Of a DNA stretch of 64,000 nt, positions 26,258 through 37,106 are shown in pieces. Within the stretch, counting starts at the first letter, position 1, and the number at the start of each line of letters is the position of its first letter. A model generated the notes under the pieces. It was not told the origin of the DNA and did not search any database. It worked only from the letters and a program-made list of their open reading frames with translations. The translations under genes and the position numbers were made by a program. The stretch covers positions 1,120,001 through 1,184,000 of the forward strand of contig CAWBNQ010000001.1 in NCBI GenBank assembly GCA_963790205.1, in the 5' to 3' direction. The stretch comes from Nitrospirota bacterium. Its GTDB lineage: Bacteria > Nitrospirota > UBA9217.

Positions 26258-27097
26258 ATGGGAGTTATTGACTATTTCAAACCCGTTGAAACGATGACCG
26301 CTGAGGAAGTGCGGGAATTCCTCCGGAGCCGGGACCCCCGCGAGTACAATCTCATTGACGTTCGCCAGCCCGGGGAGTACGAGCAGGGCCATATCCCCGG
26401 CGCGAGACTCATCCCCGTGGCCGAGCTTCCGGGCAGGCTCGCGGAGCTGGACCCCGGCAAGCCAGTCATAACGTACTGAGGATCGGGCATGCGCAGCCGT
26501 GCCGCTGCGTCAATGCTCCAGACCGCGGGGTTCGCGACCGCCCGCAGCATGCTGGGCGGCATCCGGGCCTGGGAGGGGCTGACTGCGCCGGGCCAGCCCG
26601 AGGCGGGCATGGCGTACTTTACGATAGCGGCGCGAGCGGAGGAACTCACGGCCCTCGCGTGGCTTTTGGAGGAAGGCTCCCGCAGGTTCTACGAAGAGGC
26701 ACAACGGTCCCGTGCGGACAGCGACGTTCAAAAGCTCCTTTCCGGCCTTGTCTCGGCGGAAAAGCATCACAAGGCATCCCTGGAAAATCTCTATCAGACA
26801 CTCACCGGCTCCCGGCCGGGACAGGGATTCCCCTCGTCGCTTTTGCCCGATGCGATGCCGGGAGACTACCTGGAAGGCGGCGTGCGGGTGAGCGAGGCGC
26901 TCGCGTGGGCAAAGGGAAAAAGCACAAAGGAATTCCTGGAACTGGCGATGTCCCTTGAGGCGGCTTCCTACGACCTGTACATAAAAATGGAGCGGCGCGT
27001 TGAAGGGGAAAACTCTAAAAAGGTCTTCGGCCTCCTCGCCAATGAAGAGAAGATGCACCTCGAGAGCCTCGCGTCGCTCCTGGACAGGAAGGTTTGA
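26258..27097 (+). CDS. Rhodanese + ferritin-like (rubrerythrin-type) fusion; probable selenoprotein (UGA at 26477-26479)
   Basis: ORFs 26258-26479 and 26489-27097 are in frame. The joined sequence ITY-U-GSGMRS puts UGA at the rhodanese catalytic Cys (CxxGxRS). ExxH motifs AEKHH and EEKMH. Confidence 0.85.
26487..26516 (+). promoter_or_regulatory. Bacterial SECIS-like hairpin
   Basis: Stem gcgcagc/gctgcgt with loop cgtgcc starting 18 nt after the UGA. Outer pairing gcat/atgc. Confidence 0.7.
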
Positions 27098-27453
27098 GGA
27101 AGATCGAAGAGGGGGCGCCGTGGGTTTCAAGGAAACAAGGCCCGGGCTGCTTGCGGACAATCCGTTCACGGGACGCCCGTCCCTGCGGGTACGACGGCGT
27201 CCTTCAAGGTCATGACGGGGACCTCTTATGGCGCTCTTGCCATTTCCGGGAATATCTTTTGCGCTTCGTAAGAACCTGCAGTGTTCATCAGGCAATGCCC
27301 GCGAAAGCATCCGGGACAAGAACGCCCGAACGCCCGCGCCGGGGGAATGACCTCACTCCTTTGCCGATCTCCTGCTATAATTCAAGGAGAGAGAAGTCAT
27401 ACCGCTGCCCAATACAGGCGAGCTTCCCATAATCCGGATTATGGAGGTCCCCG

Positions 27454-28368
27454 ATGGCTGAAACCAGAAAGATCCGAAAAGTGATCAAGGGCAAACCCAC
27501 ACTCGAAGGCGCGGGTGTGCATCTCAGGCGCGTATTCGGGAACAGCGAAGTCCCGTTGTTCGATCCCTTCCTGCTGTTCGACGATTTCCGCAACACCGAT
27601 CCCTACCAATACATTAAAGGCTTCCCCTGGCACCCGCATCGGGGGATCGAGACGATCACCTACGTGCTCAAGGGCGATGTCGAACACGGAGACAGCATGG
27701 GAAACAAAGGAGTCATCTCCTCGGGCGACACCCAATGGATGACCGCGGGGAGCGGCATCATCCACCAGGAGATGCCGAAGGGAGACGATGAGGGCGTGAT
27801 GGAGGGCTTTCAGCTCTGGGCCAATCTCCCGAAGTCCCGCAAGATGATGGGCCCCCGGTACCGCGACATACAAAGCTCGCAGGTCCCGGAGGTGGTGACG
27901 AAGAGCGGCGCGAAGATCAAGGTCATCTGCGGGACCGTGGAGGGGACGCAGGGCCCGGTCAGGGACATCGTCATCGACCCGGAGTATCTCGATGTCACGC
28001 TGCCGGCCCTCTCGGAGTTCGTCCATAGGACCACGCGGGGCCACACCGTGTTTGCCTACGTCATCGGCGGCAAGGGCGTCTTCTGCAACGAGAAGGACCC
28101 CTTCGCCTACGACGCCGGGGGGGTGAACTACTTCGACATGGAGCGCGATGCCTACATCCGCAACGGGACGGCGGTCCTCTTCGACGACGGCGACCAGGTA
28201 ACGGTCGCGGCGCAGGGTGAACCGGTCCGCTTCCTGCTCATCTCCGGCAAACCCATTGGCGAGCCCGTGGCCTGGTACGGCCCGATCGTGATGAATACGG
28301 AGGAGGAACTGCGGATAGCGTTTGAGGAGTACCGGGCCGGCACGTTCATCAAGTACAAAAAACAGTAA
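27454..28368 (+). CDS. Pirin-family protein
   Basis: DPFLLFD, GFPWHPHRGIETITY, QWMTAGSGIIHQE, GPIVMN. Confidence 0.95.
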   Translation: MAETRKIRKVIKGKPTLEGAGVHLRRVFGNSEVPLFDPFLLFDDFRNTDPYQYIKGFPWHPHRGIETITYVLKGDVEHGDSMGNKGVISSGDTQWMTAGSGIIHQEMPKGDDEGVMEGFQLWANLPKSRKMMGPRYRDIQSSQVPEVVTKSGAKIKVICGTVEGTQGPVRDIVIDPEYLDVTLPALSEFVHRTTRGHTVFAYVIGGKGVFCNEKDPFAYDAGGVNYFDMERDAYIRNGTAVLFDDGDQVTVAAQGEPVRFLLISGKPIGEPVAWYGPIVMNTEEELRIAFEEYRAGTFIKYKKQ

Positions 28369-28725
28369 ACTCAAGGTCAGAACACAAGGCAGCCCCGTCG
28401 GCTACGGCGTACGGAGAACGATCACAAATTTTTTTTATGGAGTTTCCCGGCCGGCGTTGCGGCAATAATTTCAAACTCTGCCTGTCAGCCTTTTTTGACA
28501 TTGCCTTATTGCGGCGGCCTGCGTGTCTTTGTTCGGAAGATCAGGCCCATCCTTTTTCTCACCGGGCCCATGAGGTCCCGTCCTCGCCGTCAGGTCCTCC
28601 CCTGGTCCCCCCGGAAATATCCTCTTGATTTTAGAAAAGAATCAATGGTACTATCGCCCATTGTGCGAACGGAACACGCCTTGAGGGCCCCCATGCAAAA
28701 CAATCGTACGCGCCGGAAGACGGAG

Positions 28726-29568
28726 ATGCCGGACTTCCCCTTGAGGTCGATCTGTTTGCCCTTGCTCTTCGCAGTGCTCCCGCTGTTGTTTTTTTGCCCG
28801 TCGAAAGCGCATGCCGCTGATTATCTTACCGTGAGCGGGTGTTCCATAAGCAATGTAGGCTATTTGACCGATCTTGCCGATGAATATGAAAGACGAACAG
28901 GCGTAAAGATATTCGTCAGGGGGGGCGGCAGCGTCGTGGGCATAGAGGACCTCAGGAGCGGCAAGATCGATTTTGCCGCGTCGTGCAGGCCCAGGGCCGC
29001 GGGAGATCCCGCGGACATCACGTACATCCAGGTCGCCTGGGACGCGCTGGCCTTCATCGTCCATAAGTCCAATCCGGTGGAAAACGTCACGCTCGGCGAG
29101 GTGCGGTCGATCTATGCCGGCAAGGTGACCAATTGGAAGCAGCTCAAGGGCCGCGATGCCCCGATACAAGTATTCATTTCCCGGACGGGGAAAGGCCTCT
29201 CCGGCGTGGAAGCGTCCACCAAACAACTGGTCCTGAACGGGAAGGAACCCCGGGGGTCCGCGAACACCGTTTTTGTCGCGTCCTCGGGCATTGTCGAGCA
29301 GATGGTGGAAGAAAGCCCCGAAGGCTTTGCCACCACGGGCGTCACGAGCGCCAGGAAACGGAACGTAAAGATCCTGAAGGTAAACGGCGTCACCCCCACG
29401 AACAAGGCCATTATCGATAACCGGTATTCCCTGAAGCGGCCGCTCTTCATCCTCATGCCGAAAAACCCCAAGCCGGAGGTGAAAAAGTTCGTTGATTTCA
29501 CCCTGAGCAAAGCGGGACAGCGGTTCATACAATCGTTGAACGTCATATCGATTCTGGACGTTAAATGA
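28726..29568 (+). CDS. PstS-like periplasmic binding protein
   Basis: Signal peptide (AHA). GGGSVVGI, VAWDALAFIVHKSNPV, IYAGKVTNW, YSLKRPLF. Confidence 0.85.
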   Translation: MPDFPLRSICLPLLFAVLPLLFFCPSKAHAADYLTVSGCSISNVGYLTDLADEYERRTGVKIFVRGGGSVVGIEDLRSGKIDFAASCRPRAAGDPADITYIQVAWDALAFIVHKSNPVENVTLGEVRSIYAGKVTNWKQLKGRDAPIQVFISRTGKGLSGVEASTKQLVLNGKEPRGSANTVFVASSGIVEQMVEESPEGFATTGVTSARKRNVKILKVNGVTPTNKAIIDNRYSLKRPLFILMPKNPKPEVKKFVDFTLSKAGQRFIQSLNVISILDVK

Positions 29569-31781
29569 ATTCCTCACTGCACAAAAGGGTAACGATATTC
29601 ATAACGCTGGTAATCTTCATGAGCGGCGCCCTCAGCACGTATCTCTTTACCTCGGCCTTCAGCCGCAGCAAGGAACGGGGACTCATTCTCCGGGGTACGA
29701 CGCTCTGCACTTCGCTCTCCAAGGCCGCGGAGGAGGGCCTTGCCAAAGAAGACCTCAGCCTCATTAAAAAAGCCTCCCATATCATACAAGCGCCGGACGT
29801 CACCCTGGCACAGGTGTATTCGAACATTTGGGAGCCGCTCGATTCCTACCCCGTCAGCAGCTGGAAAAATCCCCCGCTTGCGGAGGCCGTCAGTCATTTC
29901 AAAGCCGGCTCAGCGCCGTTCCACACGAAGATTGCCGGCGGGTATGACTTTTACAGCCCGATCTTGTTCAGCGCTTTTGAGGAATCACCGCCCACCACCA
30001 TCGGCTATGTCCGGGTCACCCTGTCGTCCGCCGCGTTTCACAGGGAGGTGAGGACGCTCGCCGCCATCAATATCGCGGTTTCGATCGTCATCATGTTCTT
30101 CGCGATCCTGTCGCTCAACATCCTTATCCAGCGCTTTGTGGTAAGGCCCGTCATGGCCCTCCACCAGTCGATCTCGCGGTTTAAGAGCGGCGCCCCGGCC
30201 GGGGACGCGATCATCCCCGGGGGGACCACAGGTGAGATCCGCGAACTTGCCCTGGAATTCAACCGGATGTGCGCAACGGTCAAGGAAAATGAGAATAAGC
30301 TCGTTGAGTCGGACCGGCGCATACGGTCGCTCTTTGACCGGGTCGAACATGCCATTTTCAGGACCGACAAGGACGGCGAGATCGTGGAAGCGAACAGCAG
30401 GTTCCGCAGGATGTTCGGCAAGGTGACGGGGCTGTGCGACATCATGATCGGAGACCTGAACGCCGCCACCTGCCTCAGAAAAGCGGCCTCGGAAAAGGCG
30501 CTTCATATCGAAGACAAGGCCGCCGCGTGGAACGGGGAAGAGCTCGTTATCTCGCTGTCCTTGTATCCCGAGCGGGACGACGGCGGCGACGTCAAGGGTT
30601 TTGACGGATATATCATCGATATCACGGAAAAGAAGAGGCTGGAAGAACGGCTGATGCGGTCCCAAAAGCTGGAAGCGGTCGGCACCCTTGCGGCCGGCAT
30701 GGCCCATGACTTCAACAACCTCCTGACGGCCATACTCGGCTATTCCGGGATCCTGCTGAAAATGGTAAAGGAGGGCGACCCGTTCTACAAGCCGACCTCC
30801 GTGATCCACGCTGCCGCGAAGCGGGGCGCGGAACTGGGAAGAAAGATCCTCGCCGTCACCCGCAAGGAGAAAATGGCGACAAAGCCGGTGAACATCAACG
30901 ACATCATCCTGCACTCCATGGACCTGCTCCAGAGAAGCCTCCCCAAGGACATCGAGATCGTCATGAAGCTCAAGGACGCCCTCCCGATGACGAACGCGGA
31001 CCCGTCGCAAATGCAGCAGGTGATCATCAATCTGGCGGTAAACGCCCGCGATGCCATGCCCGGCGGGGGCAAGCTGATCATAGAGACCTCGGTGGCCGGC
31101 CCGGCGAACGGTACAGGCGACCATGCCGGCGCGGACGGGTCCGGGTTCATCAAGCTGTCCGTGTCGGACACGGGCGAGGGCATCGATTCCGAGACGCAGG
31201 CAAAGATCTTCGATCCGTTTTTTACGACCAAAGAGGTTGGAAAAGGCACGGGACTCGGCCTCTATATCGTGCACTCCATCGTAAACAACCACGGCGGATA
31301 CATCAATCTCTACAGCGAACCGCAGAAGGGAACGCGGTTCAACATCTATCTTCCCATCGCGAAAGGCGACGCAGTGGAAGCGCCGCCTGAGGCCGTGGAC
31401 GTGAGGGGCGCCGGGACGATCCTCGTTATCGACGACGAGCCCGATGTCAGGGAACTGTGTAAAGACGTACTGGCCCCCCTCGGCTACACGGTCCTGCTTG
31501 CGGAAAATGCCGGCGCGGGCATCAACCTTTACCGGGAAAAGCAGAACGAAATCGCCCTGGTCATTCTGGACATGATCATGCCCAGAATGGGGGGCACCGA
31601 GGTGTTCCACGCGCTCCGGACGATCAACAGGAACGTCAAGGTCCTCCTGTACTCGGGCTACGGCCACGTCAATTTTGCCGGGATCGACGAACTGCTGAAA
31701 CAAGGCGCAAACGGATTCATCCAGAAACCGTTCTCAGCCCAGGACATCGGCATTGCCATAAAAAACGTTCTCTCGGAATAA
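29565..31781 (+). CDS. Hybrid sensor histidine kinase (HAMP, PAS, HisKA, HATPase, REC)
   Basis: [39 protein letters not shown]. Confidence 0.95.
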   Translation: MNSSLHKRVTIFITLVIFMSGALSTYLFTSAFSRSKERGLILRGTTLCTSLSKAAEEGLAKEDLSLIKKASHIIQAPDVTLAQVYSNIWEPLDSYPVSSWKNPPLAEAVSHFKAGSAPFHTKIAGGYDFYSPILFSAFEESPPTTIGYVRVTLSSAAFHREVRTLAAINIAVSIVIMFFAILSLNILIQRFVVRPVMALHQSISRFKSGAPAGDAIIPGGTTGEIRELALEFNRMCATVKENENKLVESDRRIRSLFDRVEHAIFRTDKDGEIVEANSRFRRMFGKVTGLCDIMIGDLNAATCLRKAASEKALHIEDKAAAWNGEELVISLSLYPERDDGGDVKGFDGYIIDITEKKRLEERLMRSQKLEAVGTLAAGMAHDFNNLLTAILGYSGILLKMVKEGDPFYKPTSVIHAAAKRGAELGRKILAVTRKEKMATKPVNINDIILHSMDLLQRSLPKDIEIVMKLKDALPMTNADPSQMQQVIINLAVNARDAMPGGGKLIIETSVAGPANGTGDHAGADGSGFIKLSVSDTGEGIDSETQAKIFDPFFTTKEVGKGTGLGLYIVHSIVNNHGGYINLYSEPQKGTRFNIYLPIAKGDAVEAPPEAVDVRGAGTILVIDDEPDVRELCKDVLAPLGYTVLLAENAGAGINLYREKQNEIALVILDMIMPRMGGTEVFHALRTINRNVKVLLYSGYGHVNFAGIDELLKQGANGFIQKPFSAQDIGIAIKNVLSE

Positions 31782-31985
31782 GTCCGAGCAGCGCCCCGAA
31801 GGAAGATCGAGGTTCTTTGCTCCTGGTTTCCCCATAGTGCTATTCACTTCAGAGTGGATGGAACATCACACCACAATCAAACTTGGCTCATCAAGATACA
31901 TGATGGACGTTTATTTCTTTTTTCAATTTTTCATTACTGGTCTTCTTACAAGTGCATTCGCGAGAAACTTTTCGAGGTGAAATGA

Positions 31986-32043
31986 ATCTAACCTGTCGTT
32001 CCTTACGCCGACCGCTTCGCGGCGTGTGAACTCATCGTTAGCC
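31986..32043 (+). mobile_element. Integron attC-like site 1
   Basis: R'' ATCTAAC ... R' GTTAGCC. Inner GTTC/GAAC and acgccg/cggcgt stem. 58 bp. Confidence 0.75.
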
Positions 32044-32076
32044 TTCTGACATTGATACACGCGACAGCTGAAAAAA

Positions 32077-32721
32077 ATGGTGACCTCCGCGTACATATTC
32101 TTCGGTTTAATCGGCTTCGCTCTATTCGCCGGCGCCACATGGCGCTTCTCTTCCCGTCGTCATTCACTCCCCTGTCCCTCGTGGTTGCGCTGGCTTGTCG
32201 AATTGGACAATCCTTTCACTAAGACCAATCGGGCGGCGTTTATCGTCCAGCATTTGGACCTTGAACAGGGCATGGCCGTATTGGATGTCGGCTGCGGTCC
32301 CGGGCGGCTGACCATCCCGGTCGCCAAACGTGTCGGCCCGCGGGGCGCAGTGGTGGCTATGGATATCCAGCCCGGCATGCTTTCCCTGGCTCGGGGAAAA
32401 GCACAGGCTGCGAATCTGGCTAATATTCGATTTCTTCAGGCCGGGGCGGGCGAAGGCGCATTGGGGCGTAATCAGTTTGACCGGGCGCTGCTCGTGACGG
32501 TATTAGGCGAGATTCCGGATAGGAAAACCGCGCTGAAAGAGATTTTTGATGCCTTAAATCCCGGCGGCATACTGTCCGTGACGGAAATCATATTTGATCC
32601 CCATTTCCAGGGCCGCCCCACAGTAGTGCGCCTTGCTGGCGAGGCAGGGTTTCGAGAGAAAATGTTCTTTGGGAATCGTATTGCGTTTACTGTGAACTTT
32701 GAGAAACCGCAGAGCGTCTAA
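32077..32721 (+). CDS. Class I SAM-dependent methyltransferase (gene cassette)
   Basis: VLDVGCGPG, AMDIQ, LNPGG. Stop codon lies inside the R'' box of the next attC. Confidence 0.9.
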   Translation: MVTSAYIFFGLIGFALFAGATWRFSSRRHSLPCPSWLRWLVELDNPFTKTNRAAFIVQHLDLEQGMAVLDVGCGPGRLTIPVAKRVGPRGAVVAMDIQPGMLSLARGKAQAANLANIRFLQAGAGEGALGRNQFDRALLVTVLGEIPDRKTALKEIFDALNPGGILSVTEIIFDPHFQGRPTVVRLAGEAGFREKMFFGNRIAFTVNFEKPQSV

Positions 32722-32800
32722 CAACGCCATCGACTCGGAGAGGAAGAAGCTGCGCTCCCTCGTGGAGCCGCTCTCGATGCGGTTATGGCGGACGTTATCC
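32716..32800 (+). mobile_element. Integron attC-like site 2
   Basis: R'' GTCTAAC. L'' GCCAT(C)GAC pairs with L' GTTATGGC, leaving one extrahelical base. R' GTTATCC. 85 bp. Confidence 0.7.
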
Positions 32801-32811
32801 GCCACCATCTA

Positions 32812-33795
32812 CTATAGATAATCCTCCCGCCTTATGACGCCGGCGACCGGGTCCCCTTTTAAAAACCGTTTTATGTTTTCAGCAGCCCTGCGCGCGCCAT
32901 CGTCGCTTATACCGGGGACCATGGCCGAATTATGCGGTGAGCCCAGGACGTTGGGCAGCGCAAAAAAAGGGTGGTTTATGCGGAACTCGCCATACTTGAA
33001 CGGTTCGATCCACCAAGCGTCGATGCCTGCCGCAAAATCAGGATGACTGGCGAGATGCTCGTAGAGAGCGCGTTCGTCGACGATATCTCCCCGCGCAACA
33101 TTTATGAGGATCGCGTCCGGCTTCATCCACTCGAGTTCGCGTTTCCCGATCAGCCCGCGCGTCGCCTTGGCCAGCGGAAGCGAAATGACCACGACGTCCG
33201 ATACGGAGAGGACCTGCTTCATATCTTTGAGCGTGCCGATAAATTCCACCGGCTCGTCAGTCCTGCCGCTGGTGTTCACGGCATGGATGCGGACGCCGAA
33301 GTTCCTCATCAGGCGGGCAACAGCGCGGCCGATGCCACCGAAGCCGAGAATGCCGCAGACCGAACCGCGCAGCATACGATTGAGCCTTGCCTGGTTGAAC
33401 TCGCCCCGCGCCATTTTTTGATGCTCCCGGAAAAGGCCTTTTGCCAGGGCGAGCGCCATGGCGAGGACGTGCTCCGCCATGGGCTCCGCATAGGCGCCGG
33501 CGTTGCTTGCGATCATGATGTCCCGGGGCAAACCGGCGAACGGCACCTGGTCCGCGCCCGCGGACAGGAGCTGGATCAGGCGGACGTTCCGGAGCAGGCC
33601 GAACTCGCTCGGCCCCAGCTCTTTTGGCGGGTTCCACGACAGAAGGATGGTTGCTTCGATGAGTGTTTGCTCCCGGAGCCCCGACGGCATATCAGCAAGA
33701 AAGGAAAGCCTCGCCTCCCCGCCGAAGAGCCCTTGCAGCTGCGCTCGTCTTGCTTCCCCGGCGGCAGGGGTGACGACGATGTGATGGTTTTTCAT
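32812..33795 (-). CDS. D-isomer-specific 2-hydroxyacid dehydrogenase
   Basis: GILGFGGIG, INVARG, SPHNS. Confidence 0.95.
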   Translation of the reverse strand: MKNHHIVVTPAAGEARRAQLQGLFGGEARLSFLADMPSGLREQTLIEATILLSWNPPKELGPSEFGLLRNVRLIQLLSAGADQVPFAGLPRDIMIASNAGAYAEPMAEHVLAMALALAKGLFREHQKMARGEFNQARLNRMLRGSVCGILGFGGIGRAVARLMRNFGVRIHAVNTSGRTDEPVEFIGTLKDMKQVLSVSDVVVISLPLAKATRGLIGKRELEWMKPDAILINVARGDIVDERALYEHLASHPDFAAGIDAWWIEPFKYGEFRINHPFFALPNVLGSPHNSAMVPGISDDGARRAAENIKRFLKGDPVAGVIRREDYL

Positions 33796-34140
33796 GGTTT
33801 TTCTCCAGGGCGTTCATTATGAAGTGCCGAGCGTTTATACCGTATATTATAGGACAATTATGAGAAGGATGTGGACAAGACAACGGCTGTGGGCTGGTTA
33901 ACGACACCGTCAAGGTGACGCTCTCTGAAAAAATCGAGTGTTGAATCCCTCAAGAAAAAGGCCGAGCAGCATCACACGTCGCATCAAAAAATGATACGCC
34001 AGCTTGTTGACCGGCACGCCTCCGTCATCAGAAAGGCGCCTGGCAAATCAATGTCGTTGGGTCGGAAAAACGCAGCGCAGCCGCCCCTTGCGGCCGGTTT
34101 CTTTCTTTACATTCACACCTCGATGTGCTAATAAATTCCC

Positions 34141-36894
34141 ATGAAATCGTTCGGCCTCATGGCGGCGGCTTTGTGTCTAGTGCTTCTTGCAAGGCCCGTC
34201 CCGTCCTTCTCTTCTCAATTCTCCGGCCTGCCTATAACCCAAGTCGTGATCCAGGACGACGAGGGGCGTCCCTGGCCCCACCCCGAGCAGCTTGCGCCGC
34301 TCCTCAACGTGAGGCCCGGCGATACGTTCTCGAGCGAAACCATCGGGAACGGCATATCATACCTCTACCTGAAGGGACTGTTTAAGGACATTCGCGTTGA
34401 CGGATTTCCCGACAACGGCGGCGTCAAGCTCGTGTACACCTTGTTCCCCATCACCGTGGTGGAGAAGGTCGTGATCGAGGGCAACCATGCCCTGTCGGAA
34501 TCGAAGATCAGGGACGCGATTCCCCGGGTCGAAGGCAAGGAGCTGCGTGAGAACAGGTTCCCAGACTACCAGTCCGCGATCACGGCGCTGTACCAGTCCG
34601 ACGGATACTACGATACGACCATGGACTTCCGGGTGGAGAAGCTCCCGGAACCCCATCGCGTGGCCCTCCGCATCGATATCCATGAGCCTCGGCCCCTGGT
34701 CATTGGAGCGATCGTTTTCCCGGGCAACACCGTATTCACGGAGAGGCAACTGCAAGGGGTGATGAAAAACAAAGCAGGGAAGCCGTTCAGGAGGGACGTG
34801 CTCCTTGATGCGGACCTGGAGGCAATCCTCGAAAAATATACCGGGGCCGGGTATCCGGCGGCAAAGGCGGGGCCGGTGGACGTCAGCTTCCGGGCCGGCA
34901 AGGCTTATGTCAGCGTTCCCATTGCCGAAGGGCCGAACGTGACGGCCCGGTTCTCCGGGAACCACGCATTCAGCGACAGCGCGCTCCGGAAGCAGGTCCT
35001 GATCTGGTCCGAGCACGATATCTCGGATGCCATCATCGACAGCAGCGCGGACAAGATCAAGAACCTCTATAAGGACAACGGGTACGCGAATGTCACGGTA
35101 ACGGTGAAGAAGACCGAGGCGCCCGGCAGGCTCGAGCTGGCCTTCGATGTCCGTGAAGGGCAGCGGATAACGGTGAAGAAAATCATCGTCCGCGGCAATA
35201 CGTACTTTACGTCGAAACAGATCAAGGCCGAAATGTCCCTGCGGGAGCCGGGCTGGTTCACGTCGAGCCCCTACCGGGAAGACCTGCTCGACAAGGACGT
35301 GGAATATATCCATGACCGCTACGAGAGCGAGGGGTTCCTCGATGCGAGCGTGAAGAAGAAGGTCGATTATGCGGACAACGGCGTCAAGGCCCTGATCGAG
35401 GTCGATATCGACGAGGGGCCGCAGACCCGGGTGGGGCAGGTGGCCTTTGAAGGCAACGCGGCCTTTACAACAGAGCAGTTGACCGCCATGCTCAGCCTGA
35501 AGCCCGGCGCCCCCTATAGCGAGCAGCTGGCGGACGAAGACCGCTACCGCATCCTGTCCGCCTATTCGAACAAGGGGTACCTCTACGCCCGGGTGGAGGT
35601 TGAGAAGAAAATCACCGATGCGAGCGCCAGCATCAAATACAAAATAACCGAGGACCGGCAGGTCAGGATCGGCAGGATCATCCTGCGCGGGAACGAGCGC
35701 ACGAAAGACAGCGTGATCATGCGCGAACTGCTCTTGAAGCCCGGCGATCCTTATGACTACGGCAAGATACTGATGAGCCAGCAGCGGATCTACCATCTCG
35801 GCTACTTCGGACAGGCGAAGTTCGAGCCGGTCCATCCCGGCGAGAAGGAGTACGTGAAGGACATGCTTCTATCCGTCGAAGAGCGGCCCGCGGGCGCCGT
35901 GGAAGTCGGCGTGGGGTACGGCGACTTCGACCACGCGCGGGGCTTTGCCGAAGTGTCCTACCGCAACCTCTGGGGCCGCGCAGAGCGTGCGAGCGTGAGA
36001 GTGGAGGAGAGCGGCATCGTCAAGCGCGCTGTCTTCAATTACCACCAGCCCTGGTTCCTGGGCTATAAAGTCGAGAGCAATCTCGGCATCGAGTGGTCCA
36101 ACTTGAAGCGGCTGAACCAGGACACCCGCGAGATCTATTATCAGACTCGCAGGACCGCCGTTTCCTACGGCCTCGAGAAGACGATCAACAGGCTCAAAAC
36201 ATCGCTCACCTACCAGTTCGAAAACGTAAACAACCATGACGTGCTGCCCCAGGCGATCCTGTCGCCCGATGACGTAGGTCGTGTGCGGGTGAGCAGCCTC
36301 ACGCCCGCCCTGGTCTGGGACCTCCGGGATGACATCTTCAACCCCCGTAAAGGATCGCTCCACGGGATCGCGCTGAAAGAGGCGCTGTCCGAACTGGGCT
36401 CCCAGGCGGATTTCACCAAGCTTACGGCCCAGAGCAGCTGGTATGTCCCCATAAGCGCCGGCATCCTCACTGCGCTGTCCGCCCGGGCAGGCATGACCTG
36501 GCCCCATCGGGAGACCAGCGAGGTCCCGATCCACGAGCGGTTCTATCTGGGCGGCAGCACCACCATCCGGGGCTATACCCAGGATTCGGTCGGGCCGAGT
36601 TCCATCGGGCCCGACGGCCAGCCGATCCCCCTGGGCGGGGCGAGCATGGCCGTGTTCAACGCCGAACTGCGCCTGAACCCGAGCGAGGGGTTCGGCTTTG
36701 TGCTGTTTAGCGACGCGGGCAACGTGTGGAGCGGCCAGGAGATACTGCTTGACGACCTGCGCGCTTCCTTCGGCGCCGGGATCCGCTACGGTACTCCCGT
36801 CGGCCCGCTCCGCATCGACTACGGCCAAAAGATCCACCGCCGGCCCGGCGAAAGTCCGGGCGAGCTCCACTTCAATATCGGCCATGCGTTCTGA
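34141..36894 (+). CDS. Omp85-family (BamA/TamA-like) outer membrane assembly protein with multiple POTRA domains
   Basis: Repeated I..GN..F...L / Y...GY POTRA units. RFYLGGSTTIRGY, TPVGPLRIDYG, terminal GHAF. Confidence 0.92.
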   Translation: MKSFGLMAAALCLVLLARPVPSFSSQFSGLPITQVVIQDDEGRPWPHPEQLAPLLNVRPGDTFSSETIGNGISYLYLKGLFKDIRVDGFPDNGGVKLVYTLFPITVVEKVVIEGNHALSESKIRDAIPRVEGKELRENRFPDYQSAITALYQSDGYYDTTMDFRVEKLPEPHRVALRIDIHEPRPLVIGAIVFPGNTVFTERQLQGVMKNKAGKPFRRDVLLDADLEAILEKYTGAGYPAAKAGPVDVSFRAGKAYVSVPIAEGPNVTARFSGNHAFSDSALRKQVLIWSEHDISDAIIDSSADKIKNLYKDNGYANVTVTVKKTEAPGRLELAFDVREGQRITVKKIIVRGNTYFTSKQIKAEMSLREPGWFTSSPYREDLLDKDVEYIHDRYESEGFLDASVKKKVDYADNGVKALIEVDIDEGPQTRVGQVAFEGNAAFTTEQLTAMLSLKPGAPYSEQLADEDRYRILSAYSNKGYLYARVEVEKKITDASASIKYKITEDRQVRIGRIILRGNERTKDSVIMRELLLKPGDPYDYGKILMSQQRIYHLGYFGQAKFEPVHPGEKEYVKDMLLSVEERPAGAVEVGVGYGDFDHARGFAEVSYRNLWGRAERASVRVEESGIVKRAVFNYHQPWFLGYKVESNLGIEWSNLKRLNQDTREIYYQTRRTAVSYGLEKTINRLKTSLTYQFENVNNHDVLPQAILSPDDVGRVRVSSLTPALVWDLRDDIFNPRKGSLHGIALKEALSELGSQADFTKLTAQSSWYVPISAGILTALSARAGMTWPHRETSEVPIHERFYLGGSTTIRGYTQDSVGPSSIGPDGQPIPLGGASMAVFNAELRLNPSEGFGFVLFSDAGNVWSGQEILLDDLRASFGAGIRYGTPVGPLRIDYGQKIHRRPGESPGELHFNIGHAF

Positions 36895-37106
36895 CACGCC
36901 GGCCGCTCAAATGCAGGTCCCTCCCGGGCGTACGCTAAAATTTACTGCCGGTCTCTCTGGACGGATATCGCTATCAGTGGTATCATTGCTTAATGGCACG
37001 ATAGCAAACCGGTCCATTCTCTAGAAATAAGGGCCAGGTCAGGCCTGCTCAACTGAGGTGTCAGCGCGTCCGGTTTCTACCTTTAGCGCCGGCTCCAAGA
37101 GAGTTC

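Noticed and set aside
27094..27432. ORF after the rhodanese fusion as a second UGA readthrough
   Set aside because: The ferritin-like domain is complete at the stop and the downstream translation is not protein-like.
28370..28440. Possible c-di-GMP riboswitch upstream of the PstS-like gene
   Set aside because: Lacks the GGCAAAC...GAAA...GACGCAAAGC core.
36994..37010. TGGCACG as a sigma54 promoter
   Set aside because: No GC at the -12 position with correct spacing.
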